Assembly: GCA_027366525.1 (NCBI GenBank)
Contig: DAHXKG010000003.1
Location: forward strand, 5,453 to 69,452
Direction of reading: 5' to 3'
Source: a candidate division FCPU426 bacterium
GTDB lineage: Bacteria; Oederibacteriota; Muellerivitia; Muellerivitales; DAHXKG01
Length of the DNA stretch: 64,000 nucleotides
Part shown: positions 31,656-41,441 of the stretch, piece after piece
Numbering within the stretch: position 1 is the first letter of the stretch
Layout: every line of letters starts with the position of its first letter
The notes under the pieces: model-generated
Told to the model about the DNA's origin: nothing
Databases searched by the model: none
Seen by the model: only the letters and a program-made list of their open reading frames with translations
Program-made: the position numbers and the translations under genes

Positions 31656-31793
31656 ATGAAACGTACATACCAGCCGAATCGGCGAAAACGCCAGAAAGTC
31701 CATGGATTTCGTCGTCGAATGAAGAGTGTGGGCGGACGTCGAGTTCTCAATGCTAGGAGAAAAAAAAGACGTAAAAAAGTAAGTGTTCAGTAA
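31656..31793 (+). CDS. rpmH: 50S ribosomal protein L34 (not in the ORF track)
   Basis: [45 protein letters not shown]. Confidence 0.97.
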   Translation: MKRTYQPNRRKRQKVHGFRRRMKSVGGRRVLNARRKKRRKKVSVQ

Positions 31794-31797
31794 ATAA

Positions 31798-32199
31798 TTG
31801 GTTGGAAAGAATTTTATGCCGCGTTTTTTAAAATCAGAGCGGCTTCGGCATACGCAAGAATTTAAAAAGGTTTTTCAACGTTGTCGAAAATATGAAAATG
31901 AGTGCTTTGCATTTTATATTCAGCATCACTCAGACGTAATGATTAGAAAATATGGAATTTCGATTGGACGGGCTTATGGTAAAGCTCATCTTCGAAATTT
32001 GTTAAAAAGGCAGATGCGGGAAATTTATCGGGTGGAACGAGAACAATTTCAAGGGGGGTATTCCATGATTCTTCTTCCCAAGAAAATTTGTTCCAAAGTC
32101 TCTTTTCATGAGCTTAAAAAAGCGTTTCAATTTTTGGCTCAAAAAGCTGGACTTTACTCCCGGACGAAAACCATCGAGGGTTCAGACCTCACGGTATGA
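31798..32199 (+). CDS. rnpA: RNase P protein component
   Basis: ERL....F, GKAHLRNLLKRQMRE (RNR-like motif); follows rpmH. Confidence 0.9.
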   Translation: MVGKNFMPRFLKSERLRHTQEFKKVFQRCRKYENECFAFYIQHHSDVMIRKYGISIGRAYGKAHLRNLLKRQMREIYRVEREQFQGGYSMILLPKKICSKVSFHELKKAFQFLAQKAGLYSRTKTIEGSDLTV

Positions 32200-32242
32200 C
32201 TGTGAAGAGACAAGACGATTTAAGATCATTTGAAGGAATGCT

Positions 32243-32455
32243 TTGATGAAATGTGGAATTTTATTCATGATTAAATTATATCAGCTTTATATTTCACCTT
32301 TTTTTCCACCTTCATGCCGGTTTACACCGACATGCTCAGAATATACTTCTCAAGCTATCTATAAATATGGGATCCTCAAAGGAATCTGGATGGGTCTTAA
32401 ACGCCTAAGTCATTGTCATCCGTTTTCGTCGGGAGGTTTTCACCCCGTTCCTTAA
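32243..32455 (+). CDS. yidD: Membrane protein insertion efficiency factor
   Basis: ISP..PPSCRFTPTCSEY, CHPF..GG..PVP. Confidence 0.93.
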   Translation: MMKCGILFMIKLYQLYISPFFPPSCRFTPTCSEYTSQAIYKYGILKGIWMGLKRLSHCHPFSSGGFHPVP

Positions 32456-32476
32456 TTTTAAATACGGGGGGCTTTT

Positions 32477-34201
32477 TTGAATAGTAATCTTCGTTTTTTG
32501 TTCTTTATTGGCATTTCAGTTTTGATTTTAGTCGCCTTTGGGTATTGGTTCCCATCGTCGCCACCTTTGCCATCCACGCCTTCTTCCGTGGCGCCAGTCA
32601 CGGTCAATTCTCGGCATTCTTCTGTACTTACGTCCAACCATGCCCTCTGGAAACATACCAATCCATGGGTTCGACCGTCTAATTGGAAGTCTGTTCATCT
32701 CCAATCGGTAACCATTCAAACCAATGAATATACCGCTATTTTTACCAATCAAGGAGCCTTGCTTAAGAGTTTTCAATTAAAAAAATATTTCAACCAAAAT
32801 AATCGCCATCCAGTTCAATTGGTGGGCCAACTTCTGCATCATCCACTTCCATTTGAAATCCAGTATGCTGGATTGACTCACATCAATCATAAAAACTTTC
32901 AAATTTTAAGTTCATCTTGTGTTTTAAAGGCTCAGCATCCAACCACCCAATTGATTTTTCAATATACCGATCGCTTAGGAACCGAAATTCAAAAAATTTA
33001 TCATTTTCAATGGAACAGTTATTTAATTGGACTTTCAGTAAAAATTATTCAAAAAGGTCCCGTTCGAATTCCGGCATCTTCGCTAAAAATTCAGTGGGCA
33101 GATACTTTAGGACCCATGGAATATACGGGAACGAATGCAAGAACCGAAACGCAATGCCGCGTGCTTACCTTAACGGATACCAACACGCTTTCGACCCAAT
33201 CAGAAAAGAATCATAAAGGTTTGATCCTTGTCGACTCCCCTATTCGATGGGCTGCTTTGGCTGATCAATTTTTCACCGCCATCTTAATTCCCAAACTTGG
33301 TGAAGAAACCACCGTTCAAATTATTCGAAGAATACCCGCACTTCGATCCCCCACCCAAAAACATCCAACCCCTCGCGTTAAAAAAGGTTGGTATGCTCCC
33401 CAACCAGTTTTAATTTTTCCATGTAATTCTCTCTCCCAAGGCGAGCGTTTGTCTCGGTCGGTTCATGTTTTCTTGGGACCCCAAGATTATTTCTTGCTGA
33501 AAAGTTATCATCTTCAAATGCAACGCATTGTCAATTTAGGCATCTTTGGATTTATTGGCATTTATATGCTTTATGTGCTCCGTTGGTTTGATCTTCTGGT
33601 ACATAACTGGGGATTGGCCATTATTCTGCTTGCTCTATTAGTCAAATTGATTCTTTGGTGGCCGACTCACTCGAGTTATCGCAATATGTACGAAACACAA
33701 AGAAAACTCCGAGAAATTCAGCCTAAAATTGATTCCTTAAAGAAAAAATATCCCAATGACCGTCAAAAACAGAATCAAGAAATGATGGTGCTTTACCAAC
33801 AAGCCGGCATCAATCCTTTAGGTGGCTGTCTGCCCCTCATTGCACAAATGCCTGTCTTTTTTGCTTTATATGCAACACTTGAAAACTGTATTGAATTGCG
33901 AGGAGCTTCCCTTTTGTGGATCCCCGACTTGACGCTTAAAGATCCTTATGGCATTTTACCGATCTTGATGGGGCTGAGCATGATTGTTCAACAAAAAATT
34001 TCTGGACAAGCCATGGCCTCATCGATAAGCAGTCAACAAAAATTCATGATGTGGATTTTCCCGATTTTTCTGACTTTGATTTCCTTCCAATGGCCATCGG
34101 GACTATTGCTCTACTGGGTGGTGGCAAATCTTCTTTCCATCGTCCAGCAAAGAATGGCTAATAAGCCGATATCAAAAAAAGAGGTAAAAAATGAAAAATG
34201 A
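32477..34201 (+). CDS. yidC: Membrane protein insertase YidC
   Basis: NWGLAIILL, QPKI..LKKKY, NPLGGCLP, PSGLLLYW. Confidence 0.95.
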   Translation: MNSNLRFLFFIGISVLILVAFGYWFPSSPPLPSTPSSVAPVTVNSRHSSVLTSNHALWKHTNPWVRPSNWKSVHLQSVTIQTNEYTAIFTNQGALLKSFQLKKYFNQNNRHPVQLVGQLLHHPLPFEIQYAGLTHINHKNFQILSSSCVLKAQHPTTQLIFQYTDRLGTEIQKIYHFQWNSYLIGLSVKIIQKGPVRIPASSLKIQWADTLGPMEYTGTNARTETQCRVLTLTDTNTLSTQSEKNHKGLILVDSPIRWAALADQFFTAILIPKLGEETTVQIIRRIPALRSPTQKHPTPRVKKGWYAPQPVLIFPCNSLSQGERLSRSVHVFLGPQDYFLLKSYHLQMQRIVNLGIFGFIGIYMLYVLRWFDLLVHNWGLAIILLALLVKLILWWPTHSSYRNMYETQRKLREIQPKIDSLKKKYPNDRQKQNQEMMVLYQQAGINPLGGCLPLIAQMPVFFALYATLENCIELRGASLLWIPDLTLKDPYGILPILMGLSMIVQQKISGQAMASSISSQQKFMMWIFPIFLTLISFQWPSGLLLYWVVANLLSIVQQRMANKPISKKEVKNEK

Positions 34202-35228
34202 ATCACGTTCAACTCATAATAGTCGACATTTCAAAAATGCAGCAGAGAAATCAAACTTCTCCTCTAACTACCATTCGAAATCTTCTGCATCCTCCCAAGC
34301 TCGACGAAATGGATCATCTTCTAATTCCCGCTCTTATAACAATTGGAATCGTCCTGTAAGCAAGCCACGGTTTTCTTCTAATACGTATGCTAATGCCAAA
34401 CCATTTCGCAACTCATATTCTAAATCCAAAGATTTAAACTGGATTGAAATCAGTGGGCGAACTTTGGAAGAAGCCAAACTAGAAGCAGCAAATCGCTTTC
34501 AGGTTTCGCTAGAAAATCTGAAAGTTGAAATTCTGGATGAGGGCAATAAAGGTTTTTTAGGTATTGGATCTAAACCTACACGAATCAAAGTTGCGCTCCA
34601 TAAAGAAGCCTTGCCTTCTTTTGTGGAATCCATCGTTGCTCGTCTTTTAAAAGAAATGGATTTTTCGGACCAAGTCCATGTTCAACATGATGCTGACGGT
34701 AAACTCCTTTTAAATATTCAAGGGCCTTCGAGTGCTACTTTGATTGGACGTCATGGGCATACCCTTGAAGCCTTACAATATCTAACGACTAAAATTGTAC
34801 AGCGACTTACGGGTGAAGAACGCATTCATTTTAGCATTGATGTTGAGAACTATTTGAATCGTCAAAAGGAAAAATTAATTGAATTAGCCAAAAATATTGC
34901 CTTCAAAGCTAAAGAAATTGGATCCGAAATCCCTCTGCGCCCAATGGATGCCAAGGATCGTCGTATTATCCATATTACTCTTAAGGATCATCCTGACGTT
35001 ACCACTCAAAGTCGAGGCGAAGGACTCCGACGCCGCGTTATCGTTATTCCTAAACTGAAAACCGTGGCTCCGGCCTCTCCCGCTTCCACTCCAGAAGCAT
35101 CGCCGACAACACTTCCCTTAGATTCTGAATCTGCGTCCCCCACACTTGAAGAACCTTCTCCGTCCACGATGTCTGCTTCAGAGGCTAAGCCAGTTTCAAA
35201 TATCGATGACAATTTTGGGAATCGATAA
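34191..35228 (+). CDS. jag: Jag/KhpB (EloR) RNA-binding protein
   Basis: KGFLGIG, LIGRHGHTLEALQYL (KH), RRIIH (R3H). Confidence 0.92.
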   Translation: MKNESRSTHNSRHFKNAAEKSNFSSNYHSKSSASSQARRNGSSSNSRSYNNWNRPVSKPRFSSNTYANAKPFRNSYSKSKDLNWIEISGRTLEEAKLEAANRFQVSLENLKVEILDEGNKGFLGIGSKPTRIKVALHKEALPSFVESIVARLLKEMDFSDQVHVQHDADGKLLLNIQGPSSATLIGRHGHTLEALQYLTTKIVQRLTGEERIHFSIDVENYLNRQKEKLIELAKNIAFKAKEIGSEIPLRPMDAKDRRIIHITLKDHPDVTTQSRGEGLRRRVIVIPKLKTVAPASPASTPEASPTTLPLDSESASPTLEEPSPSTMSASEAKPVSNIDDNFGNR

Positions 35229-35262
35229 TGAAGTTTAGATCCTCTTATTTTCGGATACGGAA

Positions 35263-36630
35263 GTGTATTTCTTAGGCGACACAATTTGTGCCATTGCGAC
35301 GCCGATGGGGCGAGGTGGTGTTGGAATTGTTCGAGTTTCTGGCCCCCAAGCTTTTGCTTTAGCTTCTTTAATCTCACGCAAAAACCATCTGATTCCTACG
35401 TTCGCTCCGCAAGTCTTGGTCTCAAAATTTTATCATCCCCAAACACAAGAATTGTTAGATGAAGGACTTTTATTAATCATGACTGCACCTAAAAGCTATA
35501 CCACGGAAGATGTTGTTGAATTCCAGATTCATGGAAGTCCATTTATCTTATCAAATTTTATTAAAATTTTAACGCAACAGGGGTGCCGTCTCGCCGAGCC
35601 CGGAGAATTTACTTATCGCGCTTATCGACATGGTCGAATTGATTTAACACAAGCTGAAGCTGTTGAAACCTTAGTGTCGGCCGCCGGAGAAGTGACCGCC
35701 CAACAAGCTCTTCGCCAACTTTCAGGAGGCTTGTCCAATTTTCTTGAACCTTTAGAAGAGCTTTTAAAATCACTTTATTTGGATATTGAATCCCGACTGG
35801 AATTTTCTGAAGATGGAATTCCTCCTCTCGATGAAACCACTTTTCAACAAACGCTTCATCAAACTCAAACTACCATTCAAACCCTGATTGCCAGTTATGC
35901 TCAAGGTAAAATTCTCAAGCAAGGATTAACCGTAACTTTGGCGGGTCCTCCCAATGTTGGAAAATCGAGCATATTAAATCATCTTCTTGGAAACCAGCGA
36001 TCTATTGTCACGCCCTTGCCGGGAACCACACGAGATCTTATTGAAGGAGAACTTTTCATCCACGGTATTAAAATCCGTTTTTGGGATACTGCGGGGCTTC
36101 GAAAAACCCGCCATTTGATTGAACAAGAGGGTATTGCTCGTAGTTATCAAATGATTAAAGAAGCCGATATGATTTGGTGGGTGGCTGATGCTTCCCGCTC
36201 TTTGTCCCGAACTTCTCTTAAAGTTATCCAAACGCTCCCCGCAGATCGCACTTGGTTTCTCTTAAATAAGCAGGACTTAGTTGTTCATCCATCGTCCCTT
36301 ACTTTCCCATTTCCGGAAAACCGATGTTGGAACCTTTCTTGTAAAACACAACAAGGATTCGATTCTCTTTTGAATTTTTTACATCAGTGGGTTTCGGGAA
36401 CCGTTGAAGGAGATCAATTGATGCTGCTTTCGATTCGTCATTGTTTAGAACTAGAAACTGCGTTGTCCCATTTGAAAAATATCAACCAGCTTATTCAAAC
36501 GCATCAACCCCGCGAACTCTGGGCAGAGGAGCTCAAAGAAGCCGTATTGGCTATTGGAAAAATCCGTGGAAAAAATCTTCAAGAAGAAGCTTTTGAAGCA
36601 ATTTTTAAAAATTTTTGCGTTGGAAAATAG
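35263..36630 (+). CDS. mnmE: tRNA modification GTPase MnmE
   Basis: DTICAIATP, GPPNVGKSS, PGTTRD, DTAG, FCVGK end. Confidence 0.96.
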   Translation: MYFLGDTICAIATPMGRGGVGIVRVSGPQAFALASLISRKNHLIPTFAPQVLVSKFYHPQTQELLDEGLLLIMTAPKSYTTEDVVEFQIHGSPFILSNFIKILTQQGCRLAEPGEFTYRAYRHGRIDLTQAEAVETLVSAAGEVTAQQALRQLSGGLSNFLEPLEELLKSLYLDIESRLEFSEDGIPPLDETTFQQTLHQTQTTIQTLIASYAQGKILKQGLTVTLAGPPNVGKSSILNHLLGNQRSIVTPLPGTTRDLIEGELFIHGIKIRFWDTAGLRKTRHLIEQEGIARSYQMIKEADMIWWVADASRSLSRTSLKVIQTLPADRTWFLLNKQDLVVHPSSLTFPFPENRCWNLSCKTQQGFDSLLNFLHQWVSGTVEGDQLMLLSIRHCLELETALSHLKNINQLIQTHQPRELWAEELKEAVLAIGKIRGKNLQEEAFEAIFKNFCVGK

Positions 36631-36673
36631 CTATGCGCTGCAACTCTCCACATAAACTTTCATTCCATTTGGG

Positions 36674-37462
36674 TTAAATCAGAAATTCGGCAACTAAAAA
36701 CGTATGATCCGACGCTTTCGCTGCGGATCGTGGCTCCTTATCAATCCAAATGGATTTGAGCAATTGCCGCATCGATTCCGTGCCTAGAATGTGATCAATT
36801 CTCCATCCACGATTCAATTCAAAATTCATCGGTTGACGATAATCCCAAAAGGTATAGTGCCCTGGACCCTTTTCCTTTTCTCGAAAAAGGTCAATCCACG
36901 TTGATCCTTTGGTTTTTTCAAATACTTGACGGACTTCCGAATGGAAACAAACATGATTTTGATTGTGCAAAGGATCATATAAATCAATTTCGGTAGGAGC
37001 AACATTAAGATCCCCTAACCATAGGGCACATTGCGTGCGAGAAATGGTTTGATGAAAATATTCTTGTAATCGACGAAAATAATTTAATTTAAACTGATAT
37101 TTTTCACTTTCAATTTGAAAACCCTGCGGAATATACGTATTTACAACTCGAATCTTTCCAAAGGTCGCTGCAATAAATCGAGCTTCTTCTTGAACAGAAT
37201 CTGGGAAAAGCAATGTTTCTATTTTCTGGGGATCGCTTCGTGAAATTAATGAAACACCATTATAGCTCTTTTGTCCTCTAAAAATAACCTTCCATCCTTG
37301 TTGCGTGAAAGCTTCTTGTGGAAAATCTGCATCTTGAACCTTTGTTTCCTGAATGGCTAATACATCAGGACGATGTTGATCCAACCACTTTAAAATAATC
37401 GGCATCCGCATTCGGATGGAATTCGCATTAAATGTAGCAATTTTAAATACCGTAGATTCCAT
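36674..37462 (-). CDS. xth: Exodeoxyribonuclease III
   Basis: ATFNANSIR, QETK, GDLNVAP, GWRIDH, SDH. Confidence 0.93.
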   Translation of the reverse strand: MESTVFKIATFNANSIRMRMPIILKWLDQHRPDVLAIQETKVQDADFPQEAFTQQGWKVIFRGQKSYNGVSLISRSDPQKIETLLFPDSVQEEARFIAATFGKIRVVNTYIPQGFQIESEKYQFKLNYFRRLQEYFHQTISRTQCALWLGDLNVAPTEIDLYDPLHNQNHVCFHSEVRQVFEKTKGSTWIDLFREKEKGPGHYTFWDYRQPMNFELNRGWRIDHILGTESMRQLLKSIWIDKEPRSAAKASDHTFLVAEFLI

Positions 37463-37468
37463 ATAGCA

Positions 37469-37759
37469 CTAAGCTTCTTCTTGAAAATCAATGACTCGAC
37501 GTTCTTCGGCTAACGTTTTAATCCATTGTGCGACTTTCTGATGTTCGGGATGATGAATATATTGATTCAACTCGTTGAGCGAGTTAAAGCGGGTAATCAG
37601 AACAATATCACTTTTGGATTCCGAGCTATGGTTTATATTAATGCCAACCTCGAGATTTTGAATTTCATGAATCAAATTTTTAAGTCCCTCTAATTTTTGT
37701 TTCATTTCTGTTGCTTGAGCTGTTTGTTTTAATCTCCATACGACGATATGTTTAATCAT
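37469..37759 (-). CDS. Dabb-family stress-responsive A/B barrel protein
   Basis: MIKHIVVW, Y..HPEH motif. Confidence 0.85.
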   Translation of the reverse strand: MIKHIVVWRLKQTAQATEMKQKLEGLKNLIHEIQNLEVGININHSSESKSDIVLITRFNSLNELNQYIHHPEHQKVAQWIKTLAEERRVIDFQEEA

Positions 37760-37819
37760 TGTAATTCCTTTCCAATCATTTTCTTAAGCTTTTAGTCGGA
37801 GTTGCTTAAATGCCCATCT

Positions 37820-38974
37820 TTAACTTATCTCCTGGTGTGATTTTCTCCAGTTCCATAGTTCTACAACGCCCATCATTAAATGATACATCGAGCTTGATGG
37901 AACTAATTCTTTTGAAGGAATACCGTTTTGGGTGATTCGATCTTCCCATATGCCCCGTGGAGTACAATTCAAGTAATATTTGAACAAATTCTGTTCAATT
38001 TGTTGAACGTGGATATGACGACTTTGATCCGTAATTTTTTTTCGTACCAACCAAGCTTTAAGAGCTTCCGTTTGAACCCATAATCGATGTGTAAATTGTG
38101 TAATTTCTCCTTGATGACTTACTTGATCATAAACTAATTTTGTTTCATGATTAACACCCACTTGATCTGCAAAATCAAGTAATTGATAGGCGATATTTTC
38201 ATTGACTGCCATATGATTTTTAGCTCTGAGTATTAGCCAAGCCCACTCATAATGATGCCCTGGTTCCACTAAAATTTTTCCATTTTCATGAATCGGGTTC
38301 CATTGATCGTTGAATAATTCTCTTAAAACACCATGCGGTATATCGATTAATTTTTGTTCAGCTAATTGATACATTCTTTTCGCTTCAGTCAAAAATCGTT
38401 CATCTTGCGTTACCTCAAATCCAAACACCATTGATTCAAACCAGTGCATATGTGGATTTTGACGTAAAATAGAAACCTCATCCTGGGATTGTCGATAACC
38501 TAATCGTGAGGATGAGATTAAAGAGCCTTGAACTCTTTTCAAGGTTTTCCATACTAATTGAAGCACTTCCTGCTTTTGAGATAATTGATAATACGTTACT
38601 AATCCTAAAACAATAAATGCCGTATCATAAAGATTCATCTGCGCATCCAAAATCTTTCCATCACGAGCAATGCGACTAACCCATTCCCCTGTAGAAATCT
38701 GGCATGTTGCTTTGATGAATTCATAGCCTTGTTCTGCTGCCTTCGGTGCCTGATCATGCCATTTCAAGAGCGCTGCCATGGAAAAACAAAATAATTGTCG
38801 CCCTTGGACTCGCACGCGTTTAAATTCCACATTAGAAATGCTTCCGTCTGGATTGAGGGACTCAATAAACCCCCCATATGTATCATCGACTCCTCTTTGC
38901 ACCCAAAAAGGAAGTGCTTCTGATTTCATCCACGACACAAGATCCATGTTTGTTTCATTCATGATTGGCCTCAT
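37820..38974 (-). CDS. AGE-family epimerase/isomerase (mannose-6-phosphate isomerase-like)
   Basis: RVQGRQ, LYD.AF, QNPHMH, EPGHHYEW, RLWVQTE, SSMYH. Confidence 0.88.
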   Translation of the reverse strand: MRPIMNETNMDLVSWMKSEALPFWVQRGVDDTYGGFIESLNPDGSISNVEFKRVRVQGRQLFCFSMAALLKWHDQAPKAAEQGYEFIKATCQISTGEWVSRIARDGKILDAQMNLYDTAFIVLGLVTYYQLSQKQEVLQLVWKTLKRVQGSLISSSRLGYRQSQDEVSILRQNPHMHWFESMVFGFEVTQDERFLTEAKRMYQLAEQKLIDIPHGVLRELFNDQWNPIHENGKILVEPGHHYEWAWLILRAKNHMAVNENIAYQLLDFADQVGVNHETKLVYDQVSHQGEITQFTHRLWVQTEALKAWLVRKKITDQSRHIHVQQIEQNLFKYYLNCTPRGIWEDRITQNGIPSKELVPSSSMYHLMMGVVELWNWRKSHQEIS

Positions 38975-39140
38975 TAAAATTAAGTCTCATTTGCAATTAC
39001 ATAGCATGATTAATTTTACTCAATACGTATACTCAATATTTTCATTTTTTTAGTTTATGAAACAACCAAATTCTTTTATGCTATACCTAGTAACGGTCAT
39101 TGAGTGCTGTTCTACTCTCACCAATTCAAGGAGAAATTAT

Positions 39141-39926
39141 ATGGGACTATTATCGGGGAAAAAAGCTTTAATTCTAGGTGTGGCCAACGATCGTTCCATC
39201 GCTTGGGGAATTTCAAAAGCTTTTCATCAAGAAGGTGCAGAATTAGGATTTACATTTTTAGGTGAAGCGCTTGAAAAGCGAGTTCGACCTTTGGCCGAAT
39301 CCATCGGCTCCAAATTCATTTTTCCTTGTGATGTTTCTCAAGATGATCAAATTAATCAGCTTTTTCAAGCGGTAGCAAAACAATGGGGTAAATTTGATAT
39401 TCTGGTACATGCGATTGCTTTTGCCAACAAGGATGAACTTGGTGGATTTTTCTATAATACAAGTCGTCCTGGATTCCATTTAGCTCTTGATATTTCAGCT
39501 TATAGTCTTATTGCCGTTACACGTCCAGCCGTCCCTCTTTTAAATCCTGGTGGCAGTATCATCACGCTAACTTATTACGGATCCGAAAAGGTGGTTCCTA
39601 ATTATAATATTATGGGAGTGGCCAAAGCCGCTCTCGAAGCTTCTGTTCGATATTTAGCTTATGATCTTGGCCCTCAACAAATTCGAGTGAACGCTATTTC
39701 AGCAGGGCCCATTAAAACCCTAGCAGCAAGTGGAGTCAGTGGGTTTAAATCGATGTTAAAAGCTTCAGAAACCACAACTCCTTTAAAACGGAATGTTTCT
39801 CAGGATGAAGTTGGATCCACGGCTCTTTATCTAGCCAGTTCGCTAGCGTCGGGGGTTACTGGAGAAATTATCTTTGTGGATGCCGGAGCCAATATTATCG
39901 GAATGCAATTAGATAAAGAAAATTGA
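39141..39926 (+). CDS. fabI: Enoyl-ACP reductase
   Basis: [34 protein letters not shown]; ATG 39141 after AGGAG. Confidence 0.95.
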   Translation: MGLLSGKKALILGVANDRSIAWGISKAFHQEGAELGFTFLGEALEKRVRPLAESIGSKFIFPCDVSQDDQINQLFQAVAKQWGKFDILVHAIAFANKDELGGFFYNTSRPGFHLALDISAYSLIAVTRPAVPLLNPGGSIITLTYYGSEKVVPNYNIMGVAKAALEASVRYLAYDLGPQQIRVNAISAGPIKTLAASGVSGFKSMLKASETTTPLKRNVSQDEVGSTALYLASSLASGVTGEIIFVDAGANIIGMQLDKEN

Positions 39927-39940
39927 TGGCTTAAAAGGAC

Positions 39941-39970
39941 TTGATTAAGGATACGTTTGTATTCTAAAAT
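39941..39970 (+). promoter_or_regulatory. lexA promoter with a palindromic candidate operator
   Basis: TTGATT-18bp-TAAAAT; near-palindrome AGGATAC-GTTT-GTATTCT at 39948-39965. Confidence 0.55.
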
Positions 39971-40015
39971 AGATGAGTTAAAAATTTTATACTTAATCTA
40001 TTTAGGACCGACACT

Positions 40016-40633
40016 ATGGGCATCAAGTCCGATCTAACCAGTAAACAACAGCAAGTTTGGAACTATATTCAAACCTGCATTCTACAAGATCACTGTCCTC
40101 CTACTGTTCGACAAATCATGCTTCAGTTTCATTGGCACTCGCCTCAAAGTGCTCGAAAACATATTCTCGCATTGGAACAAAAGGGATATTTAAAGCGACA
40201 ATCTAAAACTTCTCGTGGAATTTTATTAAGTCACTCGCCTTCGCTAGCTATTGCTTTGCCCATTTTGGGAAAAGTATCTGCTGGGATTCCACTCCTTGCA
40301 GAAGAAAACCAAAATGGAACGATTCTTGTTGACGCGGGAATGGTTCGTAATCGCAAGAATCTTTTTGTGCTTGAAATTCGTGGAGATTCGATGATCGATT
40401 CTCATATTTTACCAGGCGATAAGGTCATTGTTCAACAAACAGCTCAGGCCGAGTCGGGCGATATTATCGTAGCTTTGATCGATGGAGAAGCCACGGTAAA
40501 ATATTTCAAAAAAATCAATCAACAAATCTTACTCATGCCAGCTAATCCTAAATACAAACCTATTCTAATTAAAGATCAAGAATTTCGAGTTATTGGAAAG
40601 GTTGTTGGCGTGATTAGTGTACGACAATCCTAA
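40016..40633 (+). CDS. lexA: SOS repressor LexA
   Basis: PPTVR, L..KGY, V.AG.P cleavage site, GDSM, EATVK. Confidence 0.93.
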   Translation: MGIKSDLTSKQQQVWNYIQTCILQDHCPPTVRQIMLQFHWHSPQSARKHILALEQKGYLKRQSKTSRGILLSHSPSLAIALPILGKVSAGIPLLAEENQNGTILVDAGMVRNRKNLFVLEIRGDSMIDSHILPGDKVIVQQTAQAESGDIIVALIDGEATVKYFKKINQQILLMPANPKYKPILIKDQEFRVIGKVVGVISVRQS

Positions 40634-40864
40634 AAGGATTTATTTTTAAGTTCGATTTTATTCAATCGGATTGATCTTTATGCCGTATCCTCGCAAATGT
40701 TAAGAATTATTCCAACGCTTCGGTGTGCCATTTTTCATAGACCCTGTGGAACGGTGTGAATAGCCCACCTAAGCAAATTCCCTCCTCATGGTTTGATTGC
40801 CTTGTAAGGTATGAACAATAGCGTAGCCATCTATTCATCGGACAACCGACATGATTTTGAATTG

Positions 40865-41434
40865 TTAGAACATTACTGTTATTTTTTCAGGATGCTGTCG
40901 CTGAAACTCTCTTAAGAAATAAAAGGCAACAATGACCAAAGAATGACGGATTATGCCTTGAGTAATCAAATTGGGAATCTGAATTAAGGGATGAACCTCT
41001 ACCTCTAATTCTTCGGATGGATCTAAATGAAGTTCTGAAACTTTTTGAACTCCTAATGCTAAAAAACAAAAGCATCGATTATTTTGAATCGCTGGATTAG
41101 GATAAACTGAGCCCAATTGAGCCCATTCTTGAGCTTGGCACCCTGTTTCTTCCAAGAGCTCTCGCTGTGCTGCTGCTTGAGGCGTTGAATCATTGGGATC
41201 GATGGCCCCCCCTGGAATTTCCAAACTAATTTCTTCCGTTCCATGTCGATATTGTGAAACTAACATGACATGAAAATCCGGTGTCAAGGCTACAATATTG
41301 ACCCAATCATGCGTCGAAAGAATCCAAAATGGATATTGTCGATGACTTTGAGGCGATCGGCTCTGATACTTCAGGATGCGAAACAAACCACAATTATACT
41401 CGATATTTTGAGACAATTTTTCCCAAGGTTGCAT
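40865..41434 (-). CDS. NUDIX hydrolase (ADP-ribose pyrophosphatase-like)
   Basis: QYRH, EIPGG.....AAQRELLEETG Nudix box. Confidence 0.92.
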   Translation of the reverse strand: MQPWEKLSQNIEYNCGLFRILKYQSRSPQSHRQYPFWILSTHDWVNIVALTPDFHVMLVSQYRHGTEEISLEIPGGAIDPNDSTPQAAAQRELLEETGCQAQEWAQLGSVYPNPAIQNNRCFCFLALGVQKVSELHLDPSEELEVEVHPLIQIPNLITQGIIRHSLVIVAFYFLREFQRQHPEKITVMF

Positions 41435-41441
41435 ATAACCC

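Noticed and set aside
40706-40837. 43-codon minus-strand ORF (MNRWLRYC...) after the NUDIX gene
   Set aside because: No RBS or recognisable family; cannot be supported.
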